Shown: positions 47,399 through 58,506 of the stretch, piece by piece | Numbering within the stretch: position 1 is the first letter of the stretch | Layout of the letters: every line of letters begins with the position of its first letter | Assembly (NCBI GenBank): GCA_964591715.1 | Contig: CAZQDR010000001.1 | Coordinates: forward strand, 1,487 to 65,486 | DNA: 64,000 nt | Origin: an uncultured Candidatus Saccharibacteria bacterium | Lineage (GTDB): Bacteria; Patescibacteriota; Minisyncoccia; Phycocordibacterales; JACOZG01 | Direction: 5' to 3' | Program-made: the position numbers and the translations under genes | Notes under the pieces: generated by a model | Database searches by the model: none | The model's input: only the letters and a program-made list of their open reading frames with translations | Told to the model about the DNA's origin: nothing

Positions 47399-49057
47399 CT
47401 AGTACTCCATGCCGCCCATGCCACCCGGCATCCCGCCACCCATCGGTGGCTTCTCCTCTTTTGGTTCCTCGGTCACGGCCACTTCGGTCGTTAAGAGAAT
47501 CGCGGCCGCGGAGGCAGCGCGCTCAATACCCGTACGTGTTACTTTAACTGGATCAATAATCCCAACCGCAAACATGTCCTCCACAATTTTGTCGGCATTG
47601 GCATCATAACCTTCGTTACCCTTGCTGTTGCGGACACGGTCCACGATTACTTCGCCGTCATCTTTACCGGCATTAACGGCAATCTGACGGAGCGGCGCGT
47701 CGAGCGACTTAAGCAAAACGCGAACACCCACTTGGAATTCTTCGCCAATATCAGCGGAGGGTGGCTTGATCGTTTTAGCGGCCACTTTAGCGCCAGCCCG
47801 AACGAGCGCCGTACCACCACCTGAGACAATTCCCTCCTCAATCGCGGCCTTCGTGGCCTCGACCGCGTCTTCGACTTTCAATTTTAAATATTTCATTTCC
47901 GCTTCGGTTGAGGCGCCAACTTTAATGACCGCCACCCCGCCGGCGAGCTTGCCCAAGCGCTCCTTTAATTTGTCTTTATCATAGGACGAGTCAGCCCGCT
48001 CGATTTGCGCCTTAATTTGCGCCACCCGCTCCTCGATCTCGGACTTCTTACCAGCGCCGCCGATAATCGTCGTGTTGTCCTTGGTGGCCACAATACGGCG
48101 CGCCCGACCCAACATCTTAACATCGGCGCTTTCGAGTTTAATGCCAACTTCTTCGGAAATAACTTTACCGCCAGTAAGCGTTGCAATATCCTGCAACATC
48201 TCTTTGCGACGATCGCCGAAGCCCGGCGCCTTAATCGCCAGCGTGTTAAAGGTGCCGCGCAATTTATTGAGCACGAGCGTCGTTAACGCCTCGCCCTCCA
48301 CATCCTCGGCAATGATCACCAAATCCTTTTTACCGCTTTGTGCGAGCTTCTCGAGTAACGGCAAGATCTCTTTAATTGAAGAAATCTTTTTGTCAGTAAT
48401 CAAAATCAGCGGATCCTGATACTCGGCCTCCATCCGCTCGCTGTCGGTCACCATGTAGGCGGAGGAGTAACCCTTATCAAATTGCATTCCTTCCACCAAG
48501 TCCGTCTCCACCCCAAACGACTGCGACTCCTCAACAGTCACCACGCCGTCCTTGCCTACTTTATCAATCGCGTCGGCAATGATCGCGCCAAATTCGGCCG
48601 ACTCGGCAGAGATGGTAGCAATCTGCTTGATCTCCTCCTTCGACTTAATCGGCTTGGCCATCCCCTTGAGCGCCGCCACCACCTCGCGCGCGGCGGCCTC
48701 AATACCCAACTTAACGCCCATGGCATTAACACCGAGCGTCGTCTTTTTAAAACCTTCCTGAATAATGGCCTGCGTCAAAATCACCGCCGTGGTTGTACCG
48801 TCACCCGCAATATCGTTGGTCTTGGAGGCAACATCCTTAATAATCTCGGCGCCCATGTTCTCTACCTTATCCTTAAGCGAAATGTCTTTAGCAATAGAAA
48901 CGCCGTCATTAGTAATCGTCGGCGTGCCGTAGCCCTTATCTAAAATCACGTTGCGGCCCTTCGGACCGATCGTAATGCGGACAGCGTCGGCCACCTGGTC
49001 AATGCCCCGCTTTAACGCCTGTCGCGCCTGGTCGCCAAAAATAATTTGTTTTGCCAT
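47399..49057 (-). CDS. groL: chaperonin GroEL
   Basis: [18 protein letters not shown] tail. Confidence 0.98.
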   Translation of the reverse strand: MAKQIIFGDQARQALKRGIDQVADAVRITIGPKGRNVILDKGYGTPTITNDGVSIAKDISLKDKVENMGAEIIKDVASKTNDIAGDGTTTAVILTQAIIQEGFKKTTLGVNAMGVKLGIEAAAREVVAALKGMAKPIKSKEEIKQIATISAESAEFGAIIADAIDKVGKDGVVTVEESQSFGVETDLVEGMQFDKGYSSAYMVTDSERMEAEYQDPLILITDKKISSIKEILPLLEKLAQSGKKDLVIIAEDVEGEALTTLVLNKLRGTFNTLAIKAPGFGDRRKEMLQDIATLTGGKVISEEVGIKLESADVKMLGRARRIVATKDNTTIIGGAGKKSEIEERVAQIKAQIERADSSYDKDKLKERLGKLAGGVAVIKVGASTEAEMKYLKLKVEDAVEATKAAIEEGIVSGGGTALVRAGAKVAAKTIKPPSADIGEEFQVGVRVLLKSLDAPLRQIAVNAGKDDGEVIVDRVRNSKGNEGYDANADKIVEDMFAVGIIDPVKVTRTGIERAASAAAILLTTEVAVTEEPKEEKPPMGGGMPGGMGGMEY

Positions 49058-49059
49058 AG

Positions 49060-49365
49060 TTATTCGATTACTGCCAAAATATTATTTTCGCTGATAATGA
49101 AATATTCCTTACCGTCGATCTTAACCTCATCCGGTCCGTATTTAGAGAAAATAACCTGGTCGCCCTTCTTAACCGCTACCGGGATAACTTTGCCTGCATC
49201 GGTGAGACGGCCGGGTCCGACCGCAATCACCGTGCCCTGCTCGCCGCGCTCTTTCGAAACGGTGTCCGGAATAATGATTCCGCTCGCGCTCTTCTTCTCG
49301 TTTGGCGCCAAGAGCTGCACCACCACTCGGTCACCTAACGGCTTAATAGACACTTTGTTTGCCAT
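49060..49365 (-). CDS. groS: co-chaperonin GroES
   Basis: [10 protein letters not shown]...SGIIIP...VIAVGPG. Confidence 0.97.
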   Translation of the reverse strand: MANKVSIKPLGDRVVVQLLAPNEKKSASGIIIPDTVSKERGEQGTVIAVGPGRLTDAGKVIPVAVKKGDQVIFSKYGPDEVKIDGKEYFIISENNILAVIE

Positions 49366-49476
49366 AGTGTTGCGTTAATAGATTATTTTGCTAATGCGGC
49401 CATAATTATAGACTAATTTACCACCCAGTCAACACGCTTGCCTTATTTTTGAGACCTGCTATACTACTCGGCAAGA

Positions 49477-49710
49477 ATGCAATTACTCGTTACGATTATT
49501 CCCTGGCTCCAGATTATTTTTGCTGTCCTGATGGCTGCCGGCATATTGTTGCAACAAAGCGAGGAGGGCTTAGGTGCCGCCTTCGGCGGTGCTTCTGGCG
49601 GTGGCAGTTGGCGAGCCAAACGTGGTCTCGAAAAACAACTTTTCATCGGTACTATCATATTTGCTATTCTTTTCATCATTACCAATATCGTTAATCTTTT
49701 CGTTAACTAA
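49477..49710 (+). CDS. secG: preprotein translocase subunit SecG
   Basis: ILLQQ...GLGAAFGG...RGLEK. Confidence 0.9.
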   Translation: MQLLVTIIPWLQIIFAVLMAAGILLQQSEEGLGAAFGGASGGGSWRAKRGLEKQLFIGTIIFAILFIITNIVNLFVN

Positions 49711-49725
49711 CTCTGTCTCATTTTT

Positions 49726-51462
49726 GTGGCTGGCCTACCTTCCACACACGAAGTCGCTCTGACTTTACGATCGCTCTCGCTTAAGCAGCGCCGGATTCTC
49801 CTGGCACTTGGTCTTTTGCTGATCGGACTACTCGTTGCCATTTTGTGGCAAGTTGATCAGCGCGCGTCCGATCTGGTGGCCACCAATGGTGGCTCTTTAA
49901 CTGAGGGCATTATTGGCACGCCGCGCTTTATTAATCCGCTCTTGGCCGCCTCGGACGCTGACCGCGATATGGTGGCTCTCGTTTACTCTGGCCTGATGCG
50001 CGTGGGTCCGGATGGTCAGCTCATCCCCGATCTCGCTGCTGACTACGGCGTCTCGGAGGATCAACTGACTTACACCTTTACCCTACGCCAGGACTTAAGC
50101 TGGCACGACGGCAAGCCGCTCACCACCGACGACGTGGAATTTACCGTGCTGAAGGCGCAAGACCCGCTATTAAAAAGTCCTAAGCGCGCCAGCTGGGCCG
50201 AGATTCGGGTGGAGAAAGTTAGTCCCACCGAAATTAGCTTCCACTTAAAACAGCCCTACCCTCAATTTTTAGAGAACACGACGATGGGCATTTTGCCCAA
50301 GCATTTGTGGAACAAGCTCGACACCGACACCTTCTCGCTCAATCAATTTAATATCGAACCAGTCGGCTCCGGTCCTTACGAGATCAAGTCAATCAGTAAA
50401 AATAATATTGGCATTGCCGATTATTATGATTTGAAGCCGTTTAAAAATTTTGCCTTAGGCCGACCCAAAATTGATCTCGTCCGCGTGCGCTTTTACGGTA
50501 ACGAGGCCGAGCTAGCCGAGGCCTACCAGGTCCGTGAGATAGATAGCTTGAGCGCCATCTCCGCTGAGAGCGCCAAGATGCTCGCCGAAGCCGGCGCCCA
50601 AATCTTGCGCGCGCCGCTCCCTCGCGTCTTCGGCGTCTTTTTCAATCAAAACAAGGCTCCTGTGCTCGCCAATGCCGAGGTTCGTTACGCCCTCAACCTC
50701 GCCGTTGACCGCGAGGAGATTATCGACACCGTGCTTAAGGGTTATGGCGTCCCGGCCGAGGGGCCGCTCCCCCGTCTGTTTTTGAGTGAGGCGGGCGACG
50801 TTTCGACGACTACGGCAGCCGACCGCATTGCCGCAGCACGCACCTATCTCGACAGTCACGGCTGGGACTGGAGCGAGGAAAAGAAAGTTTGGGAGAAGAA
50901 GGGTAAGACCAACACTCAAACTCTCGCTTTCTCGATTACCACCTCGGACACTCCCGAACTTAAAAATTCGGCCGAGCTAATTAAGGCCACTTGGGAGAAG
51001 CTGGGCGCCCAAGTAACGCTCAAGGTGTTTGAGATTGGCGATCTTGATCTAAACATCATTCGGCCGCGACAATATGAGGCATTGTTCTTCGGGGAGATCT
51101 TGGGCCGGACGCCTGACCTGTTCTCGTTCTGGAATTCCCAGCAACGGCTTGATCCAGGTTTAAATATCGCCGAGTATGCCAATACCGCGGTAGATAAGTT
51201 ACTAACCGAGGTCCGCACCTTGGCCGACCAAGACGAACTGTCGGCTGATTATCAAAAGATTCAAGATTTAATTACTGCCGATATTCCCGCTGTCTTTGTT
51301 TATTCTCCAGATTTCCTGTATATTCTACCTTCACAAGTTAAACGAGTGACCTTGCCGCCAATCAATACGCCGTCTGACCGCTTTCTCTCGATTTATCACT
51401 GGTACAGTGCCACCGATCGCGTCTGGAAAATTTTTATCAACAATACCAATAGTACCCATTAA
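49726..51462 (+). CDS. ABC peptide-binding protein (SBP family 5)
   Basis: PDLA...YTFTLR...WHDGKPLTTDDVEFT; PVGSGPY. Confidence 0.9.
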   Translation: MAGLPSTHEVALTLRSLSLKQRRILLALGLLLIGLLVAILWQVDQRASDLVATNGGSLTEGIIGTPRFINPLLAASDADRDMVALVYSGLMRVGPDGQLIPDLAADYGVSEDQLTYTFTLRQDLSWHDGKPLTTDDVEFTVLKAQDPLLKSPKRASWAEIRVEKVSPTEISFHLKQPYPQFLENTTMGILPKHLWNKLDTDTFSLNQFNIEPVGSGPYEIKSISKNNIGIADYYDLKPFKNFALGRPKIDLVRVRFYGNEAELAEAYQVREIDSLSAISAESAKMLAEAGAQILRAPLPRVFGVFFNQNKAPVLANAEVRYALNLAVDREEIIDTVLKGYGVPAEGPLPRLFLSEAGDVSTTTAADRIAAARTYLDSHGWDWSEEKKVWEKKGKTNTQTLAFSITTSDTPELKNSAELIKATWEKLGAQVTLKVFEIGDLDLNIIRPRQYEALFFGEILGRTPDLFSFWNSQQRLDPGLNIAEYANTAVDKLLTEVRTLADQDELSADYQKIQDLITADIPAVFVYSPDFLYILPSQVKRVTLPPINTPSDRFLSIYHWYSATDRVWKIFINNTNSTH

Positions 51463-51471
51463 CCATTTATT

Positions 51472-53253
51472 ATGAATACGACCAAACACCGAGACCGCAA
51501 CGACCGACGGCCCCACCAGGGCTTGCGCCAAAACAGCAACAGTTCCAACCGACCGATCCCCAAACTCGAGGCGGGTAATATCCGCATTATCCCTTTTGGT
51601 GGCGTGGAGGAAATTGGTAAGAACATGACCGCCATCGAGATTGGCAATGACATTATTGTTATCGATATCGGTTTAGCCTTCCCCACTGAGGAGACTCCGG
51701 GTGTTGACTACATCATCCCCGACGCCACCTATCTTGAACAAAATAAGGATCGCGTCCGCGGCGTTATTATTACCCACGGCCACCTCGACCACACCGGCGG
51801 TATTCCTTATATTATGAGTCGTATGGGCAACCCGCCCCTCTACACTCGAAATCTCACCTCGCTCTTTATTAAGAAGCGCATGGACGAGTTTCCTCATCTG
51901 CCACCGCTAAACATGGTCGTGGTTGAGAACGAAAGCCGGATCAAACTCGGCGAACAAACTGTCCGCTTCTTCGGCGTCACTCACACTATCCCCGACTCCT
52001 TCGGCGTGATGATTGAAACACCTTACGGTTTAATTGTTAATCCTGGTGATTACAAACTCGATTTGGATGGCGTCGATGGCAAACCAACCGAGGATGAGGA
52101 GAAGCGCTACAGCATCTTTGATAACGAGAAGACGCTCTTACTGATGGCCGACTCAACCAACATTGAGAATCCAGGCTTCTCGGTTCCTGAGCGCGAGACC
52201 CACAAAAACCTCGAGGAGATTATTAAAAATGTTAAGGGCCGCCTCTTTATTGGTACCTTTGCCTCCCAGCTGGAGCGCATGATAAAAATCATCGGCATCG
52301 TCGAGAAGTATGGCCGCAAGTTGGTAATCGAAGGCCGTAGCATGAAAACGAACGTCGAAGTGGCTCAACTTGCCGGCTTGCTCACAGTCAAAAAAGGCAC
52401 CATCATTTCGGGTCAGGAGATCGACAGCTTCCCTGAAGATAAGATTGTCGTCCTAGCCACTGGCGCTCAAGGTGAGGAATTTGCCGCCTTAATGCGCATG
52501 GCCACCAAGACACACAAGTATATGAAGTTCAAGAAGGGCGACACTGTCCTGCTCTCCTCCTCTATTATCCCGGGTAATGAAATCACGGTTCAAAAATTGA
52601 AGGATAACATCGCCCGCCAAGGTGCCAAGATTATTAGTTACCGCACCTCGGAGGTTTACATTCACTCCTCTGGTCACGGCAACCGCGGCGAGATTGAGTG
52701 GCTCCACCGAAAAATTAAACCCAAGTTCTTTATGCCAATCCACGGTTCGCATCACAAGCTGCGCCAGCACGAAGAGTTGGCTCTCGAGCTCGGTATGCCG
52801 GAGAAAAATATCGTCGTCCCCGACAACGGCATGATTGTCGAGATTCAAGACAAAGGCAAAAAGATTATCTCGCTCAAGGAGACCGCCTCCAGCAAGGTGG
52901 TCATGGTTGATGGCACCGGCAACTCCGATATTAAAGAAGTGGTTATCCGCGACCGGCAAATGCTGGCTCAAGATGGCATGTTCGTAATTATTGCCATCAT
53001 TGATATTAAAACCGGCAAAGTCCGCAAGTCACCCGACATTATCTCGCGCGGCTTTATTTATCTTAAGGAATCTCAAGATCTCTTGCGCAACGTTCGCATG
53101 CTGACCAAAAAGAAGATCGAAGAGTCCACCGCTCAAATGCATCCCATCAACTTTGACTACGTTAAGAACGTTGTTCGTGACGAAGTTGGCAAGTACCTCT
53201 TCCAAAAGACCCACAACCGCCCGATTATCCTCCCCGTCTTGATTGAGGTATAA
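51472..53253 (+). CDS. rnj: ribonuclease J
   Basis: GGVEEIGKNM, THGHLDH, HSSGH, RPIILP. Confidence 0.96.
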   Translation: MNTTKHRDRNDRRPHQGLRQNSNSSNRPIPKLEAGNIRIIPFGGVEEIGKNMTAIEIGNDIIVIDIGLAFPTEETPGVDYIIPDATYLEQNKDRVRGVIITHGHLDHTGGIPYIMSRMGNPPLYTRNLTSLFIKKRMDEFPHLPPLNMVVVENESRIKLGEQTVRFFGVTHTIPDSFGVMIETPYGLIVNPGDYKLDLDGVDGKPTEDEEKRYSIFDNEKTLLLMADSTNIENPGFSVPERETHKNLEEIIKNVKGRLFIGTFASQLERMIKIIGIVEKYGRKLVIEGRSMKTNVEVAQLAGLLTVKKGTIISGQEIDSFPEDKIVVLATGAQGEEFAALMRMATKTHKYMKFKKGDTVLLSSSIIPGNEITVQKLKDNIARQGAKIISYRTSEVYIHSSGHGNRGEIEWLHRKIKPKFFMPIHGSHHKLRQHEELALELGMPEKNIVVPDNGMIVEIQDKGKKIISLKETASSKVVMVDGTGNSDIKEVVIRDRQMLAQDGMFVIIAIIDIKTGKVRKSPDIISRGFIYLKESQDLLRNVRMLTKKKIEESTAQMHPINFDYVKNVVRDEVGKYLFQKTHNRPIILPVLIEV

Positions 53254-53261
53254 TAGACCTC

Positions 53262-54446
53262 ATGTCCTTAAGTGCTGAAGCAAAACACCGCCTACGCGTA
53301 AATACCTATGTGGGCGGTTTTTTCTTGAATATTGCTATCGCCATTGCCTCTTACGGCAACTCCTCATTCATTGAGCAATTTGTCGGCGAGCGCTCGGTGG
53401 GCTTGATCTATATCATCATTGCTGTTTGCTCAATCGTCATTTCCTTTAACACTGATGCCTTGATTAAGCGAATTGGTAACCGCACCGCCCTCTTGATCCT
53501 AACGCTCATCAACTTGGCGGCCTTGGCTGGCCTAATGGCTTATAGTCAAACTGTTCTGGCGGTCGTCTTCTTTATCATCTACGCCGTGCTCAACTTTTTA
53601 ATCAGCATTAATCTTGATCTCTATCTGGAGGACATCTCGGACGACCGTATCACGGGTAAAATCCGAGGCTACTTCCTGACGCTCGCCAATCTCGCCTGGC
53701 TTTGTTCGCCCTTCATTGCGGGAACCCTGATTGCCCGGCAAGGTTACACTGCCATGTACGCCCTCTCGGCCTTGGCGTTTGTTCCACTTCTCTTTATCGT
53801 GATTTCTCAGCTGAAAAATATTCCCCATGCCCGTTATGAGCACCGTGGAATCATCCCCACCTTAAAAAAGATTTTGGCGGCCGGACGCGGCAATAACCGC
53901 GACTTACGCCACATTTTGCATCTCGATTTTTTGCTTAACTTTTTTTACGGCACGATGACGATCTACATGCCGATTTATCTCCACGAGCATATCGGCCTGC
54001 CTTGGGATCAAATCGGCATCATCTTCACGATCATGCTCATCCCCTTTGTGGTGTTAGATTTAATTTTGGGCACGCTTGCCGACAGTTGGTGGGGCGAGAA
54101 GGAACTTTTGATTGGCGGTCTTTTAGTCCTATCCGCCGCCACCTTACTGATCCCGCTTTTAAACTCGCCAAGCGTTCTTTTGTGGGGAGCGATCCTCTTC
54201 CTCACCCGGATCGGCGCGGCCACGGTGGAGATGATGAAGGAGTCTTATTTATTTAAAAAAATTGACGGCCGTGATATTGACGTCGTCTTTATCTCCCGCA
54301 ATACCGCGCCCCTCTCCTATATCTGCGCCGCCTTGCTCGCCATCTTTTGGCTCTCCTTCTTCCCCTTTCAATATTTGTTTGCGGTGTTAGGCATGATTAT
54401 GCTCCTCGGCCTCCCCTCCGCCATGCTGCTTAAGGATACGAAGTAG
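53262..54446 (+). CDS. MFS transporter
   Basis: About 12 TM helices; GTLADSWWGEK loop motif. Confidence 0.85.
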   Translation: MSLSAEAKHRLRVNTYVGGFFLNIAIAIASYGNSSFIEQFVGERSVGLIYIIIAVCSIVISFNTDALIKRIGNRTALLILTLINLAALAGLMAYSQTVLAVVFFIIYAVLNFLISINLDLYLEDISDDRITGKIRGYFLTLANLAWLCSPFIAGTLIARQGYTAMYALSALAFVPLLFIVISQLKNIPHARYEHRGIIPTLKKILAAGRGNNRDLRHILHLDFLLNFFYGTMTIYMPIYLHEHIGLPWDQIGIIFTIMLIPFVVLDLILGTLADSWWGEKELLIGGLLVLSAATLLIPLLNSPSVLLWGAILFLTRIGAATVEMMKESYLFKKIDGRDIDVVFISRNTAPLSYICAALLAIFWLSFFPFQYLFAVLGMIMLLGLPSAMLLKDTK

Positions 54447-57407
54447 TTATTTCATCATGGCGTTTAGGCGGCAGCCGGGACAGTCTGGTTTGCCGCAACC
54501 TTTGCCTAAAAATTCGCCCGAGACAATCTCCCCTGCCACTTTCTCCAGCGTCTCCCGCACGCTAGCCTGATCACCGGCCGTCACTTCAAACACTTCTCGT
54601 TTATAAATCCCCTTGTCATTAGGCTCAATAAAATCAATCATCACTGAGGCAACCGTAAAGCGCTCTTTCTCACACTCCTCGATCAATACTTTATAAAAAG
54701 CGAGCTGACGATAAATATCACCGGTCGAACTTTTAGTCTGGCCCAAAATCTCGTTACGACTTTTAGGCTGCATCGTTTTATAATCCACCACTTGGATATT
54801 AGTGCCGCCTAAAAATTCGATTTTATCAACTTTGCCGGTAATTTTGAGATCGGGTGAGAGATGACAGCCTGATACTTTGTACTCATTCAAAATAGAGTTC
54901 GGCCAACTGTGGGCATATGTTTTAAACCAGCCGCCCAGCGCCCGCTCCCCGCGCTTTACCGAGGCATTAAGATCATGTTCACCGAGCGGCTGATAAGCAA
55001 TAAAGCGATTAAAGCTCGCCAAGAGCACTTCCACTGGCACCTGCTCACCACTTTTGTAGCGGTTAAAAAAGTCCTCCAACGCGCCGTGCACCGCCGTCCC
55101 ATACATGGTGTGCTTGCTCCGGATCTCAATGACCCGCAAGAGATTAGTAAATAAATAATCGAGCGGACAGCGCAGGTAAGCATTTAAGCCCGTGGCCGAG
55201 ATCCCCTGATCGCGAAAGCGCCTCGCTAAATAGGCCGGATCAAGTAGCTTAGCACCCTGATGCACTCGTGGCGAGAAAATAATATTCGGCTTGTCGCCCA
55301 AGTCCTGCTCCCAAGCCTCGCTCGACACCGTCTCAATTAAGCGACTATCAATCTCCTCAATAAATTGGCTTGGTAAATTTAACTTACCAGCCTCGGCCTC
55401 TTTGGCATAACTAATCGTGACCATCTGACGCGCTCGGGTTAAGGCCACATAAAACAGTCGCCGCTCATCATCATTTTTGTCGGAGACGGTCGGGACACCA
55501 GCGCGAGTGGGAATTTTAAAATAATTAGCGGTGCGCTTGTTGCCCCAGTTGCCATCAAAAGCATTAACAATATAAACATAATCAAACTCCAAGCCCTTCG
55601 ACTTATGCGCTGTCATCAGTTCCACGCCCTCGGCCGCACTACCGCGCCGGTGCTTAATGGAGAGATGGTGAGCCGAGAGCGTGTTTAAAAACTGGATAAA
55701 ATCCGCTAGCCGAAAGTTGTGATTACTGCGTGTCAGCGCCTTCACCTCATCATACAAAGCGTGGAGCTTGGCCAGCTTGTCCGTCGCCTCAGGCAACTTA
55801 AGAATGTGGTCGAGAAAGCCCGACTCCTTAACCACCACCCCATACAGATCAAGAAAGAGTTGGTTAGCGGCGAGCTTGGCCCAGCGCTCCAGCGAGCGAT
55901 AAAGTTGCTTGAGTGGCCGCTTGCGGCTTTGGCCTAGTGCCGCCCAGACAGTAATCTTTTTGCTCCGCGCCTCCTCGGCCAGCTGATAAATATCTAAAAT
56001 CGGAACATCGAAGAAGTCGACATGGAGCAACTCGAGCAAATGACGGTCCTCACCAAATTTGTTAACGGTTCGAAACAAGAGCAAGATTTTTTGTAAATCT
56101 AGATCGTCTAAAATGTTTGAATCCGAACGAATAACGAAGGGCACGCCGGCGCGCTCGAAGTAGTCGATGACTGGTAAAGCCTCGGCGTTATCACGGTAGA
56201 GCACCGCCAGCTCGTTCCAGCGCGCGCCGGCGGCGGCCTTGGCCTTAAGCTCGTCCACCAGCCACAGGAGCTCGTGCTCGGGCTTGGTAAAAGTGCGGAT
56301 GGCGACCGGCGCTGGCGCGTGTGGCGCGTTGGCCTTAAGTGGCACCAGGCTCTCGGGCGGCAACGCCGTGCTTTTGCCGATCACGCTTCGCGCCGCGTCC
56401 AAAATAATCTGAGTCGAACGGTAGTTCTCGGTCAGAGTAATTAGCTTCGCCGTGGGAAACAGTTTTTTAAAATAATTAAAGTTATCGAGCGACGCACCCT
56501 GGAACTGAAAAATCGCCTGCTTCTCATCGCCGACAATAAATAAATTTGGACTCTCGTGGAAGCTGGCCAACAGTTCAAGCATCCGGTTTTGCGACTGATT
56601 AGCATCCTGATGCTCATCAGCCAAAATGTAATGATACTCCTCCTGTAATTGCAACCGGAAGTTAGCATCCGCCTCAAGCGCTCGATTAACCTCTAAAAGC
56701 ATATCGCCAAAATCGTACAAACGCCGCGCCGTCAGCCGCTCTTCGTAGGCCCGATACAAAATCACCAACTCTTTAGCCTTTTGAATTTGCGTCAACAGGG
56801 TTTGGTATTTGCCTTTAATTGTGCCGGCGTACTTACCCTTCTCATGCTTTAAGTCGGTGATGGCTTTAAACTCGGCCTCCTCCGCGTCGGCAATCTCGGC
56901 CAAGCGGTCGGGCGAAACATTCTCGCGCTTTAGCCGATCAATCTCGTGCTGAACGGGAAATAAATAATAAAACTGATCGCCAAACGGTCGCAAGAGATCG
57001 AGCGGACACTCCACAATCGCCTCCTCTAAAATTTGGATCTGATCAATCGGCAAAGCGTTGGTGGCGCCAATAATGCGAGGAAACTTTTCCGGATAGCGGC
57101 GAATCACCTCGTTGGCAAAACTGTGGAAGGTGTGGATCGGGATCCGATAAGCGCGACTGCCCACCATCTCTACCAATCGCTGGCGCATGGCATGCACGCC
57201 GGCATTGGTAAAAGTGAGCGCCAACAGGGCGTCGGCGGGCGTGTCGGTTTGGCGGAGAATATTAGCAATCCGCAAAGTGAGCACCTGGGTCTTACCCGTG
57301 CCCGGACCAGCCACCACCATGACCGGACCCTCGATCGTATCCACGGCGTCCCGCTGGGCCGGGTTGAGCTTGTCATAATGCTTTTTAAATGTTGCCAGAT
57401 CGGCCAT
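54447..57407 (-). CDS. UvrD/PcrA-type helicase with C-terminal PD-(D/E)XK nuclease domain
   Basis: AGPGTGKT, DEHQD, NYRS, HKSKGLEF, LFYVALTRA; then GKVDKI...VVDYKT and Cys cluster. Confidence 0.92.
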   Translation of the reverse strand: MADLATFKKHYDKLNPAQRDAVDTIEGPVMVVAGPGTGKTQVLTLRIANILRQTDTPADALLALTFTNAGVHAMRQRLVEMVGSRAYRIPIHTFHSFANEVIRRYPEKFPRIIGATNALPIDQIQILEEAIVECPLDLLRPFGDQFYYLFPVQHEIDRLKRENVSPDRLAEIADAEEAEFKAITDLKHEKGKYAGTIKGKYQTLLTQIQKAKELVILYRAYEERLTARRLYDFGDMLLEVNRALEADANFRLQLQEEYHYILADEHQDANQSQNRMLELLASFHESPNLFIVGDEKQAIFQFQGASLDNFNYFKKLFPTAKLITLTENYRSTQIILDAARSVIGKSTALPPESLVPLKANAPHAPAPVAIRTFTKPEHELLWLVDELKAKAAAGARWNELAVLYRDNAEALPVIDYFERAGVPFVIRSDSNILDDLDLQKILLLFRTVNKFGEDRHLLELLHVDFFDVPILDIYQLAEEARSKKITVWAALGQSRKRPLKQLYRSLERWAKLAANQLFLDLYGVVVKESGFLDHILKLPEATDKLAKLHALYDEVKALTRSNHNFRLADFIQFLNTLSAHHLSIKHRRGSAAEGVELMTAHKSKGLEFDYVYIVNAFDGNWGNKRTANYFKIPTRAGVPTVSDKNDDERRLFYVALTRARQMVTISYAKEAEAGKLNLPSQFIEEIDSRLIETVSSEAWEQDLGDKPNIIFSPRVHQGAKLLDPAYLARRFRDQGISATGLNAYLRCPLDYLFTNLLRVIEIRSKHTMYGTAVHGALEDFFNRYKSGEQVPVEVLLASFNRFIAYQPLGEHDLNASVKRGERALGGWFKTYAHSWPNSILNEYKVSGCHLSPDLKITGKVDKIEFLGGTNIQVVDYKTMQPKSRNEILGQTKSSTGDIYRQLAFYKVLIEECEKERFTVASVMIDFIEPNDKGIYKREVFEVTAGDQASVRETLEKVAGEIVSGEFLGKGCGKPDCPGCRLNAMMK

Positions 57408-57433
57408 TACAACAGTATAACACTTGCCTAAAA

Positions 57434-57541
57434 GCGAAGAGAAACAGCTTGAGAAATACCCTTTCGCAGCGCGACGGCGCGAGAAGAGCAGTCCGTCAGC
57501 AGGCGGAGATGCGAGGTTTTCGAGGGCTGGTTTCTCATCGC
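57434..57541. other. about 108-nt rod-like inverted-repeat element between divergent genes
   Basis: GCGAAGAGAAACAGCTTGAGAAA pairs imperfectly with TTTTCGAGGGCTGGTTTCTCATCGC; inner TCGCA/TGCGA and GACGG/CCGTC. Confidence 0.5.
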
Positions 57542-57564
57542 CAATATGCTAAACTACCGGTATT

Positions 57565-58014
57565 ATGCTACACGAAAAAATTAAGGGTGAGGTTAAGGAA
57601 GCAATGAAGGAGAAGAACCAGGTAAAGCTCGGCGTGGTCCGCGGCATTATCTCGGCCTTTATGAACGAGGCGGTGGCCAAGGGTTACAAACCAGACGGCT
57701 TTCTCTCCGACGAGGAGGCCTTAGCGGTAATCAAGCGTCTCTCTAAGCAACGCAAAGATTCCATCGCCCAGTTCCAAGCTGGCGGTCGCGCCGACTTAGC
57801 CGAGACCGAGCAAGCCGAACTCGCCTATATTGAAACTTATTTGCCCCAAATGATGTCTCGCGATGAGATTAAAAAAATCGCCACTGGTGTGATTGCCAAC
57901 TTAAGCGCCACCAAGGCGGACTTGGGTAAAGTTATCGGTGCGGTTGTTAAAGAGACCAAAGGCCAAGCCGACGGCGCGGATGTGAAGGCAGTAGTTGAGG
58001 AACTCTTACAGTAA
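57565..58014 (+). CDS. GatB/YqeY domain protein
   Basis: KEAMK...KQRKDSIAQFQAGGRADLA...YLP. Confidence 0.93.
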   Translation: MLHEKIKGEVKEAMKEKNQVKLGVVRGIISAFMNEAVAKGYKPDGFLSDEEALAVIKRLSKQRKDSIAQFQAGGRADLAETEQAELAYIETYLPQMMSRDEIKKIATGVIANLSATKADLGKVIGAVVKETKGQADGADVKAVVEELLQ

Positions 58015-58506
58015 AAATCGATACGGTTTTTGAGACCAGACTGGTCCAGCAAAATCAACTCCGATCCGCGGGGTTGATTTTATTTTACCGACCACCACTC
58101 CCCGGTCTTGAATATAAAGACCGGTGCTTTTGGCGGCTGGCAGAGCATTAAAAGTTTTATCGACACCAAAAGCTTTGGTCACCCGTGCCGGACCACTAAT
58201 CCCCTCCACTCCCCTAATCAAAACCGCGGCTGGGTAATCCTTTTCGCCCGTCACAATGTTCAACAGCCAGTGCATCCCATAAACAAAATAAACGTACCAA
58301 ACTCCCCCTTCTTTAAACATCACTTCGGTACGAGCCGTACGTCCCTTGCTCGCGTGACTGGCTAAATCTTGAGGACCAACATAGGCCTCAACTTCGGTAA
58401 TCATTAGTTTTAAATTATCTTTAACCAGATATTTACCCAAAAGCTCGCGCGCCACGATTAGCGTGTCGCGTTGATAAAACTCCGGTTTTAACGTAGAGTA
58501 AGCCAC
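58006..58506 (-). CDS. 3-methyladenine DNA glycosylase (MPG/AAG family)
   Basis: VARELLGK, ITEVEAY, YVYFVYGMH, AAVLIR, PRIGV. Confidence 0.93.
   Translation of the reverse strand: MAYSTLKPEFYQRDTLIVARELLGKYLVKDNLKLMITEVEAYVGPQDLASHASKGRTARTEVMFKEGGVWYVYFVYGMHWLLNIVTGEKDYPAAVLIRGVEGISGPARVTKAFGVDKTFNALPAAKSTGLYIQDRGVVVGKIKSTPRIGVDFAGPVWSQKPYRFLL

Noticed and set aside
57434-57541. SRP (4.5S) or 6S RNA call
   Set aside because: It contains AGCAG but lacks the CAGG-stem-GNRA-stem arrangement of SRP domain IV, and it is short for 6S.
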